Shown: positions 1-9,972 of the stretch, piece by piece
Layout of the letters: every line of letters starts with the position of its first letter
Position numbering within the stretch: position 1 is the first letter of the stretch
Assembly: GCA_963674825.1 (NCBI GenBank)
Contig: OY771587.1
Location: 3,232,001 to 3,296,000 of the forward strand
DNA: 64,000 bases
Direction of reading: 5' to 3'
From: Candidatus Cloacimonadales bacterium
GTDB taxonomy: Bacteria > Cloacimonadota > Cloacimonadia > Cloacimonadales > JAIOQZ01
Notes under the pieces: generated by a model
Seen by the model: only the letters and a program-made list of their open reading frames with translations
Told to the model about the DNA's origin: nothing
Databases searched by the model: none
Translations under genes and position numbers: made by a program

Positions 1-856
1 TCTCGATGTTGATGATCACCTTGTCTTCGTTGATCTTGAGCTTTTTGCCGACACCTTCGATGATGCGCAGGTTCGCCTGATGTGGGATGAGGAAATCTAC
101 ATCCTTGATATCGAGATTGTTACGCTTCATGACGGTCTCGCAAGCTCCAGCCATCGATTTGATTGCCAGCTTGAAGATCTTGTTGCCTTCCATGTAGATG
201 GTATGCTGATTATTGCTGACCGTGTTTTTGGATGCGGGATATTTCGATCCGCCAGCCTGCTGGATAAGAAGATCGCCATACGCTCCATCTGCGTGGATAA
301 CAGAATCAAAGAAATGGGAGATGTCGCTTCTCTCGGCGCGCGATATAATAGCGGCTCCGGCAGCGTCGCCGAAAAGGACGCAGGTGTTGCGGTCTTTCCA
401 GTTCACGATGCGAGTAAGGATTTCCACGGCAACCACGAGGATGTTCTGATAAACACCGTTCTCGATGTATTGCCGGGCGATATCGGCAGCATAAATGAAG
501 CCGGTACAGCCAGCGGAAAGGTCGAATGCCGGGCAATCATTCTTGATGCCCAGTTTGTGTTGAAGGATACAACCTGTCGATGGGAATGCGTAATCGGGTG
601 TCACGGTTCCCACGATGATCAGGTCAATGTCTTTCGGACGAATTCCCGCAGCTTGGATAGCTTTTTCCGATGCTTTCAGGGCCAGATCGGATGAAGCTTC
701 GTCGTCAGCCGCAACGCGGCGTTCAAACATACCGGTACGGGTGCGGATCCATTCGTCAGTCGTATCGACGATCTTTTCCAGATCGTAGTTGTTCAGTATT
801 TTGGTGGGATGATAGTGTCCCATTCCAGCGATTTTAGCGTTGTATTTCTTGTGCAT
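1..856 (-). CDS. fabH: 3-oxoacyl-ACP synthase III (partial, runs off window start)
   Basis: Not in the ORF track; translated by hand from ATG at 856 (GAGG upstream): MHKKYNAKIAGMGHY...DEWIRTRTG...DLSAGCTGF...LFGDAAGA...PHQANLRII. Follows plsX. Confidence 0.96.
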   Translation of the reverse strand, partial: MHKKYNAKIAGMGHYHPTKILNNYDLEKIVDTTDEWIRTRTGMFERRVAADDEASSDLALKASEKAIQAAGIRPKDIDLIIVGTVTPDYAFPSTGCILQHKLGIKNDCPAFDLSAGCTGFIYAADIARQYIENGVYQNILVVAVEILTRIVNWKDRNTCVLFGDAAGAAIISRAERSDISHFFDSVIHADGAYGDLLIQQAGGSKYPASKNTVSNNQHTIYMEGNKIFKLAIKSMAGACETVMKRNNLDIKDVDFLIPHQANLRIIEGVGKKLKINEDKVIINIE

Positions 857-893
857 GATAACCTCTCAGGTTACGATGATTAAGCAGTTTACA

Positions 894-1904
894 TCACGTT
901 TGTGAAGTACTGCTTTCAAAAAACTCCCGTGCATGCTCGAGGAATCCCGATTCTGCGATTCGTGCGCTGAAACGCACAGCGTTTTTGATCGCGATCGCGT
1001 TCGAGCTGCCGTGAGCCACCAGGACAGTGCCGTTTATGCCGGTCAGGAGTGCACCACCATGTTCCGAATGATCCAGCTTCTTCTTGAGGTACTGGTAAAC
1101 CGGGAAGGAAAGCATAGCGCCAATCTTGGCAATCCAGTCCTTCTTGATTTGTTCCTTCATCATTCGGAAAATGGAGATAGCAGCGCCTTCGAGCGTCTTG
1201 AGCATCACGTTCCCGACGAAACCATCACATATCACGACGTTAACTTCGCCCTTCATGGCCTCTTTACCTTCGATGTTGCCCACGAAATTGATCCCGGGCT
1301 CCACCAGCAAAAGCTGATAGGTTTTCTTGGCGAGTTCGTTGCCTTTGACACTCTCCTCGCCGATATTAAGCAGGGCGACTTTCGGTTGATCGATCTTGTA
1401 AAAGAATTGAGAATACAACGAGCCCAGTCTCGCAAACTGGACAAGGTAATCCGGTGTGCAATCGACATTTGCTCCCACATCCAGCATTACGGTGTTGCCC
1501 TTCAATGTGGGCAGGTGGATAGAGATTGCCGGCCGCATCACATTCTTGATTCTTCCAATGTTCAACAGTGCCGCCGCCATAACCGCTCCGGTGTTACCGG
1601 CACTCACGGCGGCATCTGCAAGACCGTTTTTGTGGAGAAGTATCGTCTGTACCAGCGATGAATCTTTCATCGACTTACGGACGGAACTCGAAGCCTTGTC
1701 ATCCATCGTCACGACCTGAGACGCGTTAATCACCTCGATGCGGTTCGTGTCGTAGTAGTACTTTTCGAGCTCCTTCTTGAGCACTTCTTCCTTGCCAACG
1801 AGAAGGATTTTCTCACAGGCATTCTCTTTAATTGCAAGAACCGCTCCCTCTACTTCTGGCAGGGGAGCGTGATCCGTTCCAAAGGCGTCAAGAGCTATGA
1901 TCAT
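894..1904 (-). CDS. plsX: Phosphate acyltransferase PlsX
   Basis: IALDAFGTD, SAGNTGA, LDVGANVD, CDGFVGNV, HGSS motifs; rpmF-plsX-fabH synteny. Confidence 0.97.
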   Translation of the reverse strand: MIIALDAFGTDHAPLPEVEGAVLAIKENACEKILLVGKEEVLKKELEKYYYDTNRIEVINASQVVTMDDKASSSVRKSMKDSSLVQTILLHKNGLADAAVSAGNTGAVMAAALLNIGRIKNVMRPAISIHLPTLKGNTVMLDVGANVDCTPDYLVQFARLGSLYSQFFYKIDQPKVALLNIGEESVKGNELAKKTYQLLLVEPGINFVGNIEGKEAMKGEVNVVICDGFVGNVMLKTLEGAAISIFRMMKEQIKKDWIAKIGAMLSFPVYQYLKKKLDHSEHGGALLTGINGTVLVAHGSSNAIAIKNAVRFSARIAESGFLEHAREFFESSTSQT

Positions 1905-2089
1905 CAGGCCTTTTCTTTAATCTCGATGACCTTTTTCCCTTTGTAATATCCACACTTTTCGCAGACGTTGTGCGGACGGCTTGGTTCGCCACAGTTAGGA
2001 CACGTGGTCCAGGTCGGCATCTCCGCTTTGTGGTGCGTTCTGCGTTTGTCGCGGCGCGCCTTAGAGGTTTTCCGTTTCGGTACTGCCAT
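1904..2089 (-). CDS. rpmF: 50S ribosomal protein L32
   Basis: MAVPKRKTSKARRDKRR...CPNC...CEKCGYY. Confidence 0.98.
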   Translation of the reverse strand: MAVPKRKTSKARRDKRRTHHKAEMPTWTTCPNCGEPSRPHNVCEKCGYYKGKKVIEIKEKA

Positions 2090-2185
2090 TTTCAGCTCCT
2101 TCTATTCTATTCTTTTTTATAACAACTTAGCTTCTTTGAACCGCATTCCGTGAAGGATACAATCCAAGATGCAAACAAGATTGCC

Positions 2186-2213
2186 ACAATATTTTCACTG
2201 CAATCGGTGTCAA
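2186..2213 (-). promoter_or_regulatory. Putative sigma70 promoter of rpmF-plsX-fabH
   Basis: Minus strand TTGACA-16 bp-TATTGT about 100 bp upstream of rpmF. Confidence 0.5.
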
Positions 2214-2243
2214 GAAAAATGAAAACCCCTGCGAGTTATAAGA

Positions 2244-2271
2244 AACGCCTGCACTTAGAGGTACAGGCGTT
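2244..2271 (-). terminator. Hairpin, probable terminator after the substrate-binding protein gene
   Basis: aacgcctg...caggcgtt inverted repeat just past the stop at 2289; weak U-tract. Confidence 0.45.
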
Positions 2272-2288
2272 GCGGTTCGAAATGTGTT

Positions 2289-3044
2289 CTATTTCCAGTC
2301 TTTCATTCCATATTTAGCAAGAATCTTCGCCAGTGTTCCGTTGTCGCGGATCTTTTTCATGCCTTCATCAAGGAGCTTAGCATACTCTGCTGATTTGGCG
2401 TTTTTGGGTGAAAAAGCTATGAAGACGTCGTCAGGGCTGCCATCCGTTCCGGCTGCAACGATATCGCTGGTCATCCCCATTTGCTGGATGGTGTATTCAC
2501 CAACGGCTGTTGTGGCGAGAACGATGTCGATCTCACCTTTCTTCAGGGCTGCGAGGTTCTTCTGAAGAGGCAAATCTCCAAATGCCCATTTCGCGTCAGG
2601 ATTGTCTTTCAGAAATTCATCCATGTCTGCACCGTACGAATAATCGAGGATAACGCCAAGTTTCTTCCCTTCGAGCGATTTGATATCTGAAAATTTCCAG
2701 GTATCGCCTGCGCGTACGTAGAAGGTAAGGCTCGATTGCCCCTGTGATTCTTTCGGGAATACAAATCCCTCAGCATCTTCAAGAGCGGCACCGACTACAG
2801 CGCTGTATGCGCCATCTTCGGTTTCTTTGAGCGCTTTTGTCCAGGGCATGGTAACGTAAACAACCTTATAGCCCAGTGGTTCGTAAACTGCCCGTGCGAT
2901 TTCAATCATGAAGCCTTCATTTGCCGATAATTTCGGATCCATGTTGAAGGGTGGCCATGGGTCGGCTGCGAGAGTAATGGTATCTTGTGCGAATATTACG
3001 GTAACTGTAGCGAGAAGCAGTAGGAACAAGATCGTGCGTTTCAT
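2289..3044 (-). CDS. Periplasmic substrate-binding protein (amino-acid-binding family 3-like)
   Basis: Signal peptide, ADPWPPF, MPWTKAL, LEGKKLGVILDYSYG, GTLAKILAKYG; start moved to ATG 3044 behind GGAGGA. Confidence 0.85.
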   Translation of the reverse strand: MKRTILFLLLLATVTVIFAQDTITLAADPWPPFNMDPKLSANEGFMIEIARAVYEPLGYKVVYVTMPWTKALKETEDGAYSAVVGAALEDAEGFVFPKESQGQSSLTFYVRAGDTWKFSDIKSLEGKKLGVILDYSYGADMDEFLKDNPDAKWAFGDLPLQKNLAALKKGEIDIVLATTAVGEYTIQQMGMTSDIVAAGTDGSPDDVFIAFSPKNAKSAEYAKLLDEGMKKIRDNGTLAKILAKYGMKDWK

Positions 3045-3131
3045 TTTTCCTCCTGAGTGTCTGTGCTCTAATATCACTGAATTCACCAATATAATAATCG
3101 CGATTTTATGATTCGCAAGTCAGGAAATATC

Positions 3132-3161
3132 AAAAAAGCGGCTGCATTAAAGCAAGCCGCT
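3132..3161 (-). terminator. Intrinsic terminator after the Skp-like gene
   Basis: Minus strand AGCGGCTTGC-loop-GCAGCCGC followed by TTTTTT. Confidence 0.75.
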
Positions 3162-3185
3162 GTAGTGGTCAAAATAAGGTCGTGA

Positions 3186-3686
3186 TTACTTTTTGTCCAC
3201 GCGCTCCGCGATATCGCCTGTCAGGTTTTTGGGCATGATGGATTCTTTCATGTAGAAGATCTCACCTGTGTCGCTGTAGAAGATGATATCGACATTGTTC
3301 TCATCGACGAATTCCTCGATTGCTTTCTGCGTTTTATCGAGTAACGGATCGATCATCTCGGCATGCTTTGCATCCGCAAGTCCGCCTTCGCCGAGGATTT
3401 CCTGGCGACGTTGTTCGAACTTATCTTGCTTCTTCTGGAGGCGTTCTTTGGTTGCCTGCGTGTTGTCGCCGGCGTCGATCAGCCCCTGAATGCGCTTGAC
3501 TTCCGCCTGAAGCAGGTCAAGCTCGTTTTTCCAGCCTTTCAGTACTTTTTCATACTCTTTCACGGCTTTGACATAGACTGCGGATTCGGTTTGAAGGCTG
3601 TCGCGGTCGAGATAGTAGATTTTCAAAGGTTCCTGTGCATACAGGAATGTTGTTGCAAGTAACAGAGTGAGGATGATGTATTTCAT
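3186..3686 (-). CDS. OmpH/Skp family periplasmic chaperone
   Basis: Signal peptide, KIYYLD beta-strand, long coiled coil, C-terminal DIIF...NLTGDI pattern. Confidence 0.75.
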   Translation of the reverse strand: MKYIILTLLLATTFLYAQEPLKIYYLDRDSLQTESAVYVKAVKEYEKVLKGWKNELDLLQAEVKRIQGLIDAGDNTQATKERLQKKQDKFEQRRQEILGEGGLADAKHAEMIDPLLDKTQKAIEEFVDENNVDIIFYSDTGEIFYMKESIMPKNLTGDIAERVDKK

Positions 3687-3735
3687 CGATCAGGCTCCTT
3701 TTCGATCAGTCATTTTCATTGCGAACCAAAACGCA

Positions 3736-4725
3736 TTAATCGTTTCGGTAGTCAATATAAACGATTTTATCCGCTACTGGAGAAAACCACGCACGGTCGC
3801 CTTCAGCGAGGAGTTGAACGTTATCCCCGTCTATATCCATGATGCGGATGTTGCCGCTATCGGTATAGACGATCGTATTTCCGTCGGGTGAGAGCGATGG
3901 CTTGAAGCCGTAACCGAGGTCAACGAATTCTTCGGTGACAAGATTCATTTTCATGATACGGCCATAGTTTGAGAAAATCACCCAGTTCCCATCAGGTGTA
4001 TAGATCCCCGGCTGATCAGCATAATAGTATATAATCTGACTCCAATCGGATCCATCGGGCCTGATCTTGAAGAGTCCCGGATTGGCACCAGTCATGAAAA
4101 AGTATATCCACTCTTCGTCAGGTGAGAAAATGGGGTAGTAGTATTTCTCGCTCTGCGTGTTGCTCAGCAGGTTTGTCACGGTCTGATCTTCCATATTGAA
4201 GACGCGAAGGAAGCTCGTAGAGTCGGAATTTACGGCATAATAGACGACTTTTCTTCCGTCGTTTGTGCTGCTGGGATAATACTGCTCCGCTCCGTCCGTC
4301 TGATCAGGGATAATCTGGTCCATATCGTAGCTGCCCAGATCAAGAGTGTAGAGCTTCCGGTCGATATAGCTGGTTACAAGCAGCTTATCGCCAGCTTCTC
4401 CCAAGCGCGCTGGTGGCTGGATGTAGAGCATATCTTCAACGATCCAATCAATGACATTACCTTGGAGATCGACCATCACGCCGCAGCGATTGGTTTCACC
4501 CGAATATTGGATAAACACGCGATCACCTGTTCGATTAAAGATTGCGTAGCTCATCTTCAGGTAGCCACCGAACCACTTGATCTCCTGTTTGCCAGAACCA
4601 TCGGCATTGATTACATAAGCATAATCCTTCTCGGTGATGTTGGTTCCATACGAATCGGGACAGCCTGTGAGTAGTAGTGTCATTCCGATGACCAACGATA
4701 GAAGAAGCCATTGAAACTTGCTCAT
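3736..4725 (-). CDS. TolB-like (PD40 beta-propeller) lipoprotein
   Basis: Lipobox LLTGC; repeats PIFSPDEEWIYF, YTPDGNWVIF, PSLSPDGNTIVY. Confidence 0.8.
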   Translation of the reverse strand: MSKFQWLLLSLVIGMTLLLTGCPDSYGTNITEKDYAYVINADGSGKQEIKWFGGYLKMSYAIFNRTGDRVFIQYSGETNRCGVMVDLQGNVIDWIVEDMLYIQPPARLGEAGDKLLVTSYIDRKLYTLDLGSYDMDQIIPDQTDGAEQYYPSSTNDGRKVVYYAVNSDSTSFLRVFNMEDQTVTNLLSNTQSEKYYYPIFSPDEEWIYFFMTGANPGLFKIRPDGSDWSQIIYYYADQPGIYTPDGNWVIFSNYGRIMKMNLVTEEFVDLGYGFKPSLSPDGNTIVYTDSGNIRIMDIDGDNVQLLAEGDRAWFSPVADKIVYIDYRND

Positions 4726-4737
4726 ATGCCTGCCTGT

Positions 4738-5664
4738 TTATTCACCATCTTCGGGATAGAAACCGGCTGCGACGATGAGTGCCTCGCCGCCGACTTCGAT
4801 CTTGCGAAGATAGGATATTTTCTTGACTGCTTTGTCAGTACCCGGCTTGGGCCAGAGGTATTCCATCCAGAGTTCATCGCGGGTCTGGAGCTCTTCGATC
4901 TCTTCACGTACGTGCATACGTCCATCCGCATCTTTCAGGTCCAGGATATTCTTGCCTTCAAGATCGGGGAATGCAGGGTTTAGAAGCTCGATTCCTTGCA
5001 TGTTCTTGATGAATACGTAGCTGTCGAGGAAGATGAATTCACTGCTGCGTTCACGCATGACCTGCATCGCATTATCGCCATTCTTGGCAAGGAGGATGAT
5101 TGCGTCATCAACTGCGTCTTTGACGAACAGTTTTTCCGGTTTCGGGTCGTAGATGCCGGATCCCACCAGCACTTTTCTGCCATCGGGCTGCGTCGCTGCC
5201 ACAATATAAGTTGCTTTCCATACTGGAGCTCCACCTTCCGGTTTCGGCCACTGGTAAAATACCCAACCAGAACCTTTCTCTGCGCTTTCGATGATCATCT
5301 TTCCGATTGGTTTGGCGTTGACATCTTTGAGGTCGGACATGTTTTTGCCTTCCCCGCTTACGTCCGGGGGATAAACATAGCGTTCACCATCCATACCCCA
5401 GATAAAGATATAGTCGTTGTTAAGGAACCATTCCGAACCTTTGTCACGGAACATTGGATAGGCCTCCTCGCCCTTTTCAGCCACCAGATGAGCGGCTTTA
5501 TCTACGAAATTAATCAGTTCTTTCGTTGCCTGGTGCTGCACGAGTATGTCTTCCTTTGCCACAGGCTGCTGTTCGGAAGTTACGGGTTCTGTTTTCTCAG
5601 CGGGTGTACAGAATGTCAGCGTAAGTGTGGCGACTAAGGCCAGAATGATGAATGTAAAGCGCAT
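4738..5664 (-). CDS. Exported protein with two tandem Cache sensor domains
   Basis: Two repeats of Y(I/V)FI...EGKN..DLKD..G...W..Y.WPKP; start at ATG 5664 behind GAGGAGG. Confidence 0.85.
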   Translation of the reverse strand: MRFTFIILALVATLTLTFCTPAEKTEPVTSEQQPVAKEDILVQHQATKELINFVDKAAHLVAEKGEEAYPMFRDKGSEWFLNNDYIFIWGMDGERYVYPPDVSGEGKNMSDLKDVNAKPIGKMIIESAEKGSGWVFYQWPKPEGGAPVWKATYIVAATQPDGRKVLVGSGIYDPKPEKLFVKDAVDDAIILLAKNGDNAMQVMRERSSEFIFLDSYVFIKNMQGIELLNPAFPDLEGKNILDLKDADGRMHVREEIEELQTRDELWMEYLWPKPGTDKAVKKISYLRKIEVGGEALIVAAGFYPEDGE

Positions 5665-5766
5665 GGTATCCTCCTCGTATGATATAAACAACAATTTATC
5701 CGAATCGTATCTTTCAAGTCAAGTAAGCTCTTGAAGATTATTCTGAAAAGACTTCGGCAGCTCGAC

Positions 5767-6020
5767 GGGAGAAATGCGCTCTTTCAGTGGGTGGGTGGGA
5801 GTCGGTCTGAAGCATTGGAAAGGAATTTGCCAATCTATCAGTGTCTTCAAACGCTCATGGACTCGAAGTATAGCAATGTCATCAATCCGTATATGCTATG
5901 CCTTATAGCTCCCTCTTCCGCTTGCGGGAGAGGGGTGGGGTGAGGGTATAAATTATGAAGCAAATGCCGTTACAATGCGAGAATGACCGGGGACTTCTTT
6001 TCTCCGAGCGCATTTCTCCC
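5767..6020. repeat. 254 bp element bounded by perfect 15 bp inverted repeats (MITE-like)
   Basis: GGGAGAAATGCGCTC (5767-5781) and GAGCGCATTTCTCCC (6006-6020) are exact reverse complements. Confidence 0.65.
5911..5946 (+). repeat. REP-like palindrome
   Basis: CCCTCTTCCGC-TT-GCGGGAGAGGG hairpin followed by GTGGGGTGAGGG, resembling the widespread CCCTCTCC...GGAGAGGG..GGGTGAGGG repeat type. Confidence 0.7.
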
Positions 6021-6044
6021 ATTAATCAATAGTGGAGAGTATGC

Positions 6045-6983
6045 TTACGAGTTCTTGAGCTTGATTTTATCTTTGGAGCGGTTGAGGTAAGGAACCGGAT
6101 TACGGGCTTTGCCGTAGTAGATGATTTCGTAATGCAGATGAGGACCGGTTGAGCGTCCGGTGTTGCCCATCAAGCCAATGATCTGACCTTTCTTGACTTT
6201 GTCGCCGGGCTTGACCAGATATTCATCCAGATGGCCGTACACTGTCTTATAGCCATAGCCGTGATCGACTTCGATCATTTTGCCGATAAGCCGCTTGCGT
6301 GCTGCTGACTTGATAACGCCATCGGCTGCTGCGTAGATAGGCGTTCCTTTATCATTTGCGATGTCGAGCCCACGGTGGAAGTCACGCTTCTTCGTGATCG
6401 GATGTGTACGGTAACCAAAACGCGTGGTAATCCTGCCGAAAGTTGGGTAGATTGTCGGAGTATGACGGAAGATATCGTCTTTGAGACGAATATCGTCCAC
6501 AGCTTCTTCATGGGTATTCCGATTGAAAGCTGAAATTCGTTTTAATTGCTCGATGTCTTTCTGGATATCGTTGAAATAAGCGTTTTTATCGGGATCCTGC
6601 TCGAAGATGTCCTTCGTGAGGACGGGGAGACCACCAGTACCAACCTTGCGGATGGCAGGATCGATCGATTTGAGGTTATTATCGTTGCGAACCTTTTCTT
6701 CCCATGTGATCAGGATTTCCAGTTCGCGTTTTGCGTCTTCAGCTTTGCCTGAAAGCTGCTGAAGCATGGCAATCTGTTGATTATATTCTTCAGTCAATTG
6801 CTTGTGTAGTGCGAGTTTGTTGATGTTGTTAACGTGGATTATGCTGCCCGTGATGAGGGCTATAAGCAGGAGAATGCCCGAATAGAGCATGAAGTTGAGG
6901 ACTCCGGTCGGCAGGCTGAAATTGAACACCGAATCCGAATCCGTTCGTTCTATATGAAAATGTAATTTACGCTTAATAAGCAT
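6045..6983 (-). CDS. M23 family metallopeptidase
   Basis: HRGLD, YGHL, TGRSTGPHLHYE; N-terminal TM and coiled coil. Confidence 0.95.
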   Translation of the reverse strand: MLIKRKLHFHIERTDSDSVFNFSLPTGVLNFMLYSGILLLIALITGSIIHVNNINKLALHKQLTEEYNQQIAMLQQLSGKAEDAKRELEILITWEEKVRNDNNLKSIDPAIRKVGTGGLPVLTKDIFEQDPDKNAYFNDIQKDIEQLKRISAFNRNTHEEAVDDIRLKDDIFRHTPTIYPTFGRITTRFGYRTHPITKKRDFHRGLDIANDKGTPIYAAADGVIKSAARKRLIGKMIEVDHGYGYKTVYGHLDEYLVKPGDKVKKGQIIGLMGNTGRSTGPHLHYEIIYYGKARNPVPYLNRSKDKIKLKNS

Positions 6984-7199
6984 ACGCTTCCTTTACAAAT
7001 ATACAAAATCTATCAATTTAGGCAATGATTGAAATGCGTTATTTTGTGTCAAGACATTTCTTTTCAGGCACTTGTGTGATTGTGATGAATCAAGAAGCAA
7101 ATTCTGTAATCTACCTTTTATGAACGGATTACTGCGAACACCCGCTTTTTCCTTTGACAATCATAAATTCGTTTCCGCAATATTGCTACGAGGTACGAT

Positions 7200-8315
7200 A
7201 TGAAAAGCTGTATTACGATCTTGATATTTTCGTTGTTGCTGTCAATTGTCGGCATTGTTTTAGCAGACGAGATGCCCGAAACGACGACAAGCGTGGAGAT
7301 CTCCGATTCAACAGTTGCGATTCTTACCGATTCGGTACAGGTTGTCCTGCCACAATCCGTGCGCATTCTCGGCGTTGGCGATATTATGCCCGGCAGTGAT
7401 TTCCCGGACAGGAAGAAGTACCCCGCCAAGAACGGCGCGAACGTGATCCACTCCGATCTTGTGAAGATTATTCAGTGCGCTGATGTTGCCTTCTGTAATC
7501 TTGAAGGTGCTGTTGGTGATGACATCAAGACAAAGAAGGGCAAGACGTACGCTTTTCGGATTCCCACAAGTTTGGCCGAGCGTTTGGGCGAGTGGGGCTT
7601 CGATCTGGTATCGATAGCGAACAACCATGCCGGCGATTGCGAAGATGCTGGCAGGCACAGCACAATGAAATGCCTCGAATACATCGGGCTGATCTATTCC
7701 GGTTCACTCTTCACACCGGCTGGAGTCACTCTGGAAAAAGATGGCATTACCTACGGATTCATAGCTGTAGCACCGAACAAGGGTTGCAATAATTTCCACA
7801 ATACGAAGCTGATCGAGAATGAGATTCGTGGGCTGGATGAAAAGTGTGACATCGTCATTGTATCAATCCACGGTGGTGCTGAAGGCGAAGACGCCGAACA
7901 CCTGACGAAGAAAGTGGAGTATTACATGGGGGAGAACCGTGGCAATCTCTTCGAACTGACCCACCGGTTTGTCGATGCCGGGGCCGATATTGTATTCGGC
8001 CACGGGCCACATGTTACTCGGGCCATCGAGTGCTACAACGGTCGCTTGATTGCCTACAGCCTGGGTAACTTCTGCACGTACGGACGATTCAATCTCGACG
8101 GTGTCAGAGGGCTTGCGCCTATGATTGAAGTGGAGACTGATCTGAATGGCAAGCTGATTTCCGGCAAAATTTATTCTGTGAAACAGCCCTGGCCGGGAGG
8201 TCCTGTACCGGACGACAATCAGCGCGTTCTGGAGCGTATCATCGATTTGACGGAGCATGACCTTGGCGGGGGAGGAGTTGAGTTCCGCGGTAATCTATTC
8301 TTCCCGATCGAGTGA
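7200..8315 (+). CDS. CapA family metallophosphoesterase-fold protein
   Basis: VGDIM, NLEG, IANNH, IHGG, GHGPHV, YSLGNF; signal peptide. Confidence 0.93.
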   Translation: MKSCITILIFSLLLSIVGIVLADEMPETTTSVEISDSTVAILTDSVQVVLPQSVRILGVGDIMPGSDFPDRKKYPAKNGANVIHSDLVKIIQCADVAFCNLEGAVGDDIKTKKGKTYAFRIPTSLAERLGEWGFDLVSIANNHAGDCEDAGRHSTMKCLEYIGLIYSGSLFTPAGVTLEKDGITYGFIAVAPNKGCNNFHNTKLIENEIRGLDEKCDIVIVSIHGGAEGEDAEHLTKKVEYYMGENRGNLFELTHRFVDAGADIVFGHGPHVTRAIECYNGRLIAYSLGNFCTYGRFNLDGVRGLAPMIEVETDLNGKLISGKIYSVKQPWPGGPVPDDNQRVLERIIDLTEHDLGGGGVEFRGNLFFPIE

Positions 8316-8316
8316 T

Positions 8317-9948
8317 TTAGTGATTAGTCTCCGGGAGGTGGAACGAAAAAGTACTGCCCTTGTCGAGCCTGCTCTCGACCCATATCTCGCCACTGTGTTT
8401 CTGGATGATCTGGCGTGTCATTGCCAGGCCAATCCCGATACCACCCGTTTTACGCTCATTCATTTTACCCAGCTGCTGAAATTGCTCGAATAAGTTGCTG
8501 ATCTCATGCTCTTCGATGCCGCTTCCAGTGTCTTCCACTGAAACCGTTACACCATCGCCTGCTCGTTCTGTCCTGATACGTATGAAACCCGAATCGGTGA
8601 ATTTTACTGCGTTTTCGAACAGGTTCATGACACCCTTTACTATCCAGTCCGCATTCAAATCGACAGGAATAACTTCGGATGAAAGATCCATATACAGCGT
8701 GATTTCCTTGCCGGCGAGAAGCTGCTCCATATCGGGACGAAGATTCTTGATGATCTGATTGATATTGTAGCGCTGCATCTCCAGATTACCGGAAATGAGG
8801 TCAAGACTGCGGAAATCGAGAATGCGGGTAACGATTGCATTGAGCCGCTTGGCGTTCTCACGGATATGGGTTCCGATCTCGATCTGCTCGTCGTTCATCT
8901 CGCCGAGGTCCTGATCGATCAACAATGACATTCCATCACTGATCACTGTGAGTGGCGTGCGAAGCTCATGGCTTATGGCAGCGATGAAGAACTCTTTCAT
9001 GTCCAGGAGTTCCTTAACGTGGATATCTGACTGAATGCTTTCGGAAAGGTTCATATAAAGGTCGCCGATCAAGCGAAGCAGCGGAAAGTTGTGCTGCCAT
9101 TCACGCTGGATGGGCTGCCTGAAGAAAAACGCGATATAGCCTTTCAGTTCTCCTTTGGAAAACATCGGGACAGCTAAGAGTCCGCTACACTGGCAGCGCT
9201 CCATGATCTGAACAACCATCGAATTTTCGATTCTGGCAATATGGGGGAAGAATAAAACCGACTCCTGAGCGAATCGCTCTTGAATCCAGGAGCGGAATGC
9301 CGCTTTAAGCGTAGGAGGAACTCGCTTCTCGATCGATTCTATTTGCAGAAGATTCATCAGGTCGTTATCGAAAAAGACAAGGTGCATCTCATCTGCACCA
9401 ATCTTCTGCGTGATCTTGTCGAACGAGTTCTCCACACCAGGCTTGAGATTCTCTACTTCGATACCCAGTGATTGTGTTGATATTGTTGTCAGGAGCTGTC
9501 CGAATTCCTGAAGATAGCGGATCTCGGCAGTCCTTTCCTGCACGGCAGTCTCAAGTCGTTTGGTGTAGTCTTTGAGATGGAGCGAGTTTTCCACGGCCAT
9601 TTTCAGCTCATAGATACCGAAGGGTTTATGCAGGAAATGGGCGACACCACGTTTATAACAGATTTCCAGAGTCTGATTGTCACCAGCCTGAGTCATTACG
9701 ACAACAGCCCATGGATCTTTATTGGAGAGGTCAATTCGTTCGAGGAATTCCAATCCACCCATGCGCGGCATATTCATGTCGAGAATGATCACGTCAGGAC
9801 GCTTCTTTTCGAACTCGACCAACCCTTCTTCACCGTTTGCAGCTTCGGCAAAGGTGTATTCTGGCGATTCGAGTACTTCGCGTATAATCTCGCGTATCGA
9901 TTCATCATCTTCGACGATTAGTATGTGCCTTATCTGTTCTTCACTCAT
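8317..9948 (-). CDS. Hybrid sensor kinase (REC - GAF-like - HisKA - HATPase)
   Basis: ILIVEDD/LDMNMP/KPF receiver; SHELRTPL; NAVKF, DTGSGI, GIGIGL boxes. Confidence 0.93.
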   Translation of the reverse strand: MSEEQIRHILIVEDDESIREIIREVLESPEYTFAEAANGEEGLVEFEKKRPDVIILDMNMPRMGGLEFLERIDLSNKDPWAVVVMTQAGDNQTLEICYKRGVAHFLHKPFGIYELKMAVENSLHLKDYTKRLETAVQERTAEIRYLQEFGQLLTTISTQSLGIEVENLKPGVENSFDKITQKIGADEMHLVFFDNDLMNLLQIESIEKRVPPTLKAAFRSWIQERFAQESVLFFPHIARIENSMVVQIMERCQCSGLLAVPMFSKGELKGYIAFFFRQPIQREWQHNFPLLRLIGDLYMNLSESIQSDIHVKELLDMKEFFIAAISHELRTPLTVISDGMSLLIDQDLGEMNDEQIEIGTHIRENAKRLNAIVTRILDFRSLDLISGNLEMQRYNINQIIKNLRPDMEQLLAGKEITLYMDLSSEVIPVDLNADWIVKGVMNLFENAVKFTDSGFIRIRTERAGDGVTVSVEDTGSGIEEHEISNLFEQFQQLGKMNERKTGGIGIGLAMTRQIIQKHSGEIWVESRLDKGSTFSFHLPETNH

Positions 9949-9972
9949 GGCTTTACCCGTAGTTATATGAAG

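Noticed and set aside
80..694. 204 aa plus-strand ORF
   Set aside because: Antisense shadow of fabH, which has clear motifs on the minus strand.
882..915. Imperfect hairpin spanning the plsX stop codon
   Set aside because: It has no U-tract and no function can be supported from sequence alone.
7200..8315. CapA as part of a poly-gamma-glutamate capsule or of the adjacent polysaccharide cluster
   Set aside because: No capB/capC are present, it is convergent with the cluster, and stand-alone CapA homologs are common.
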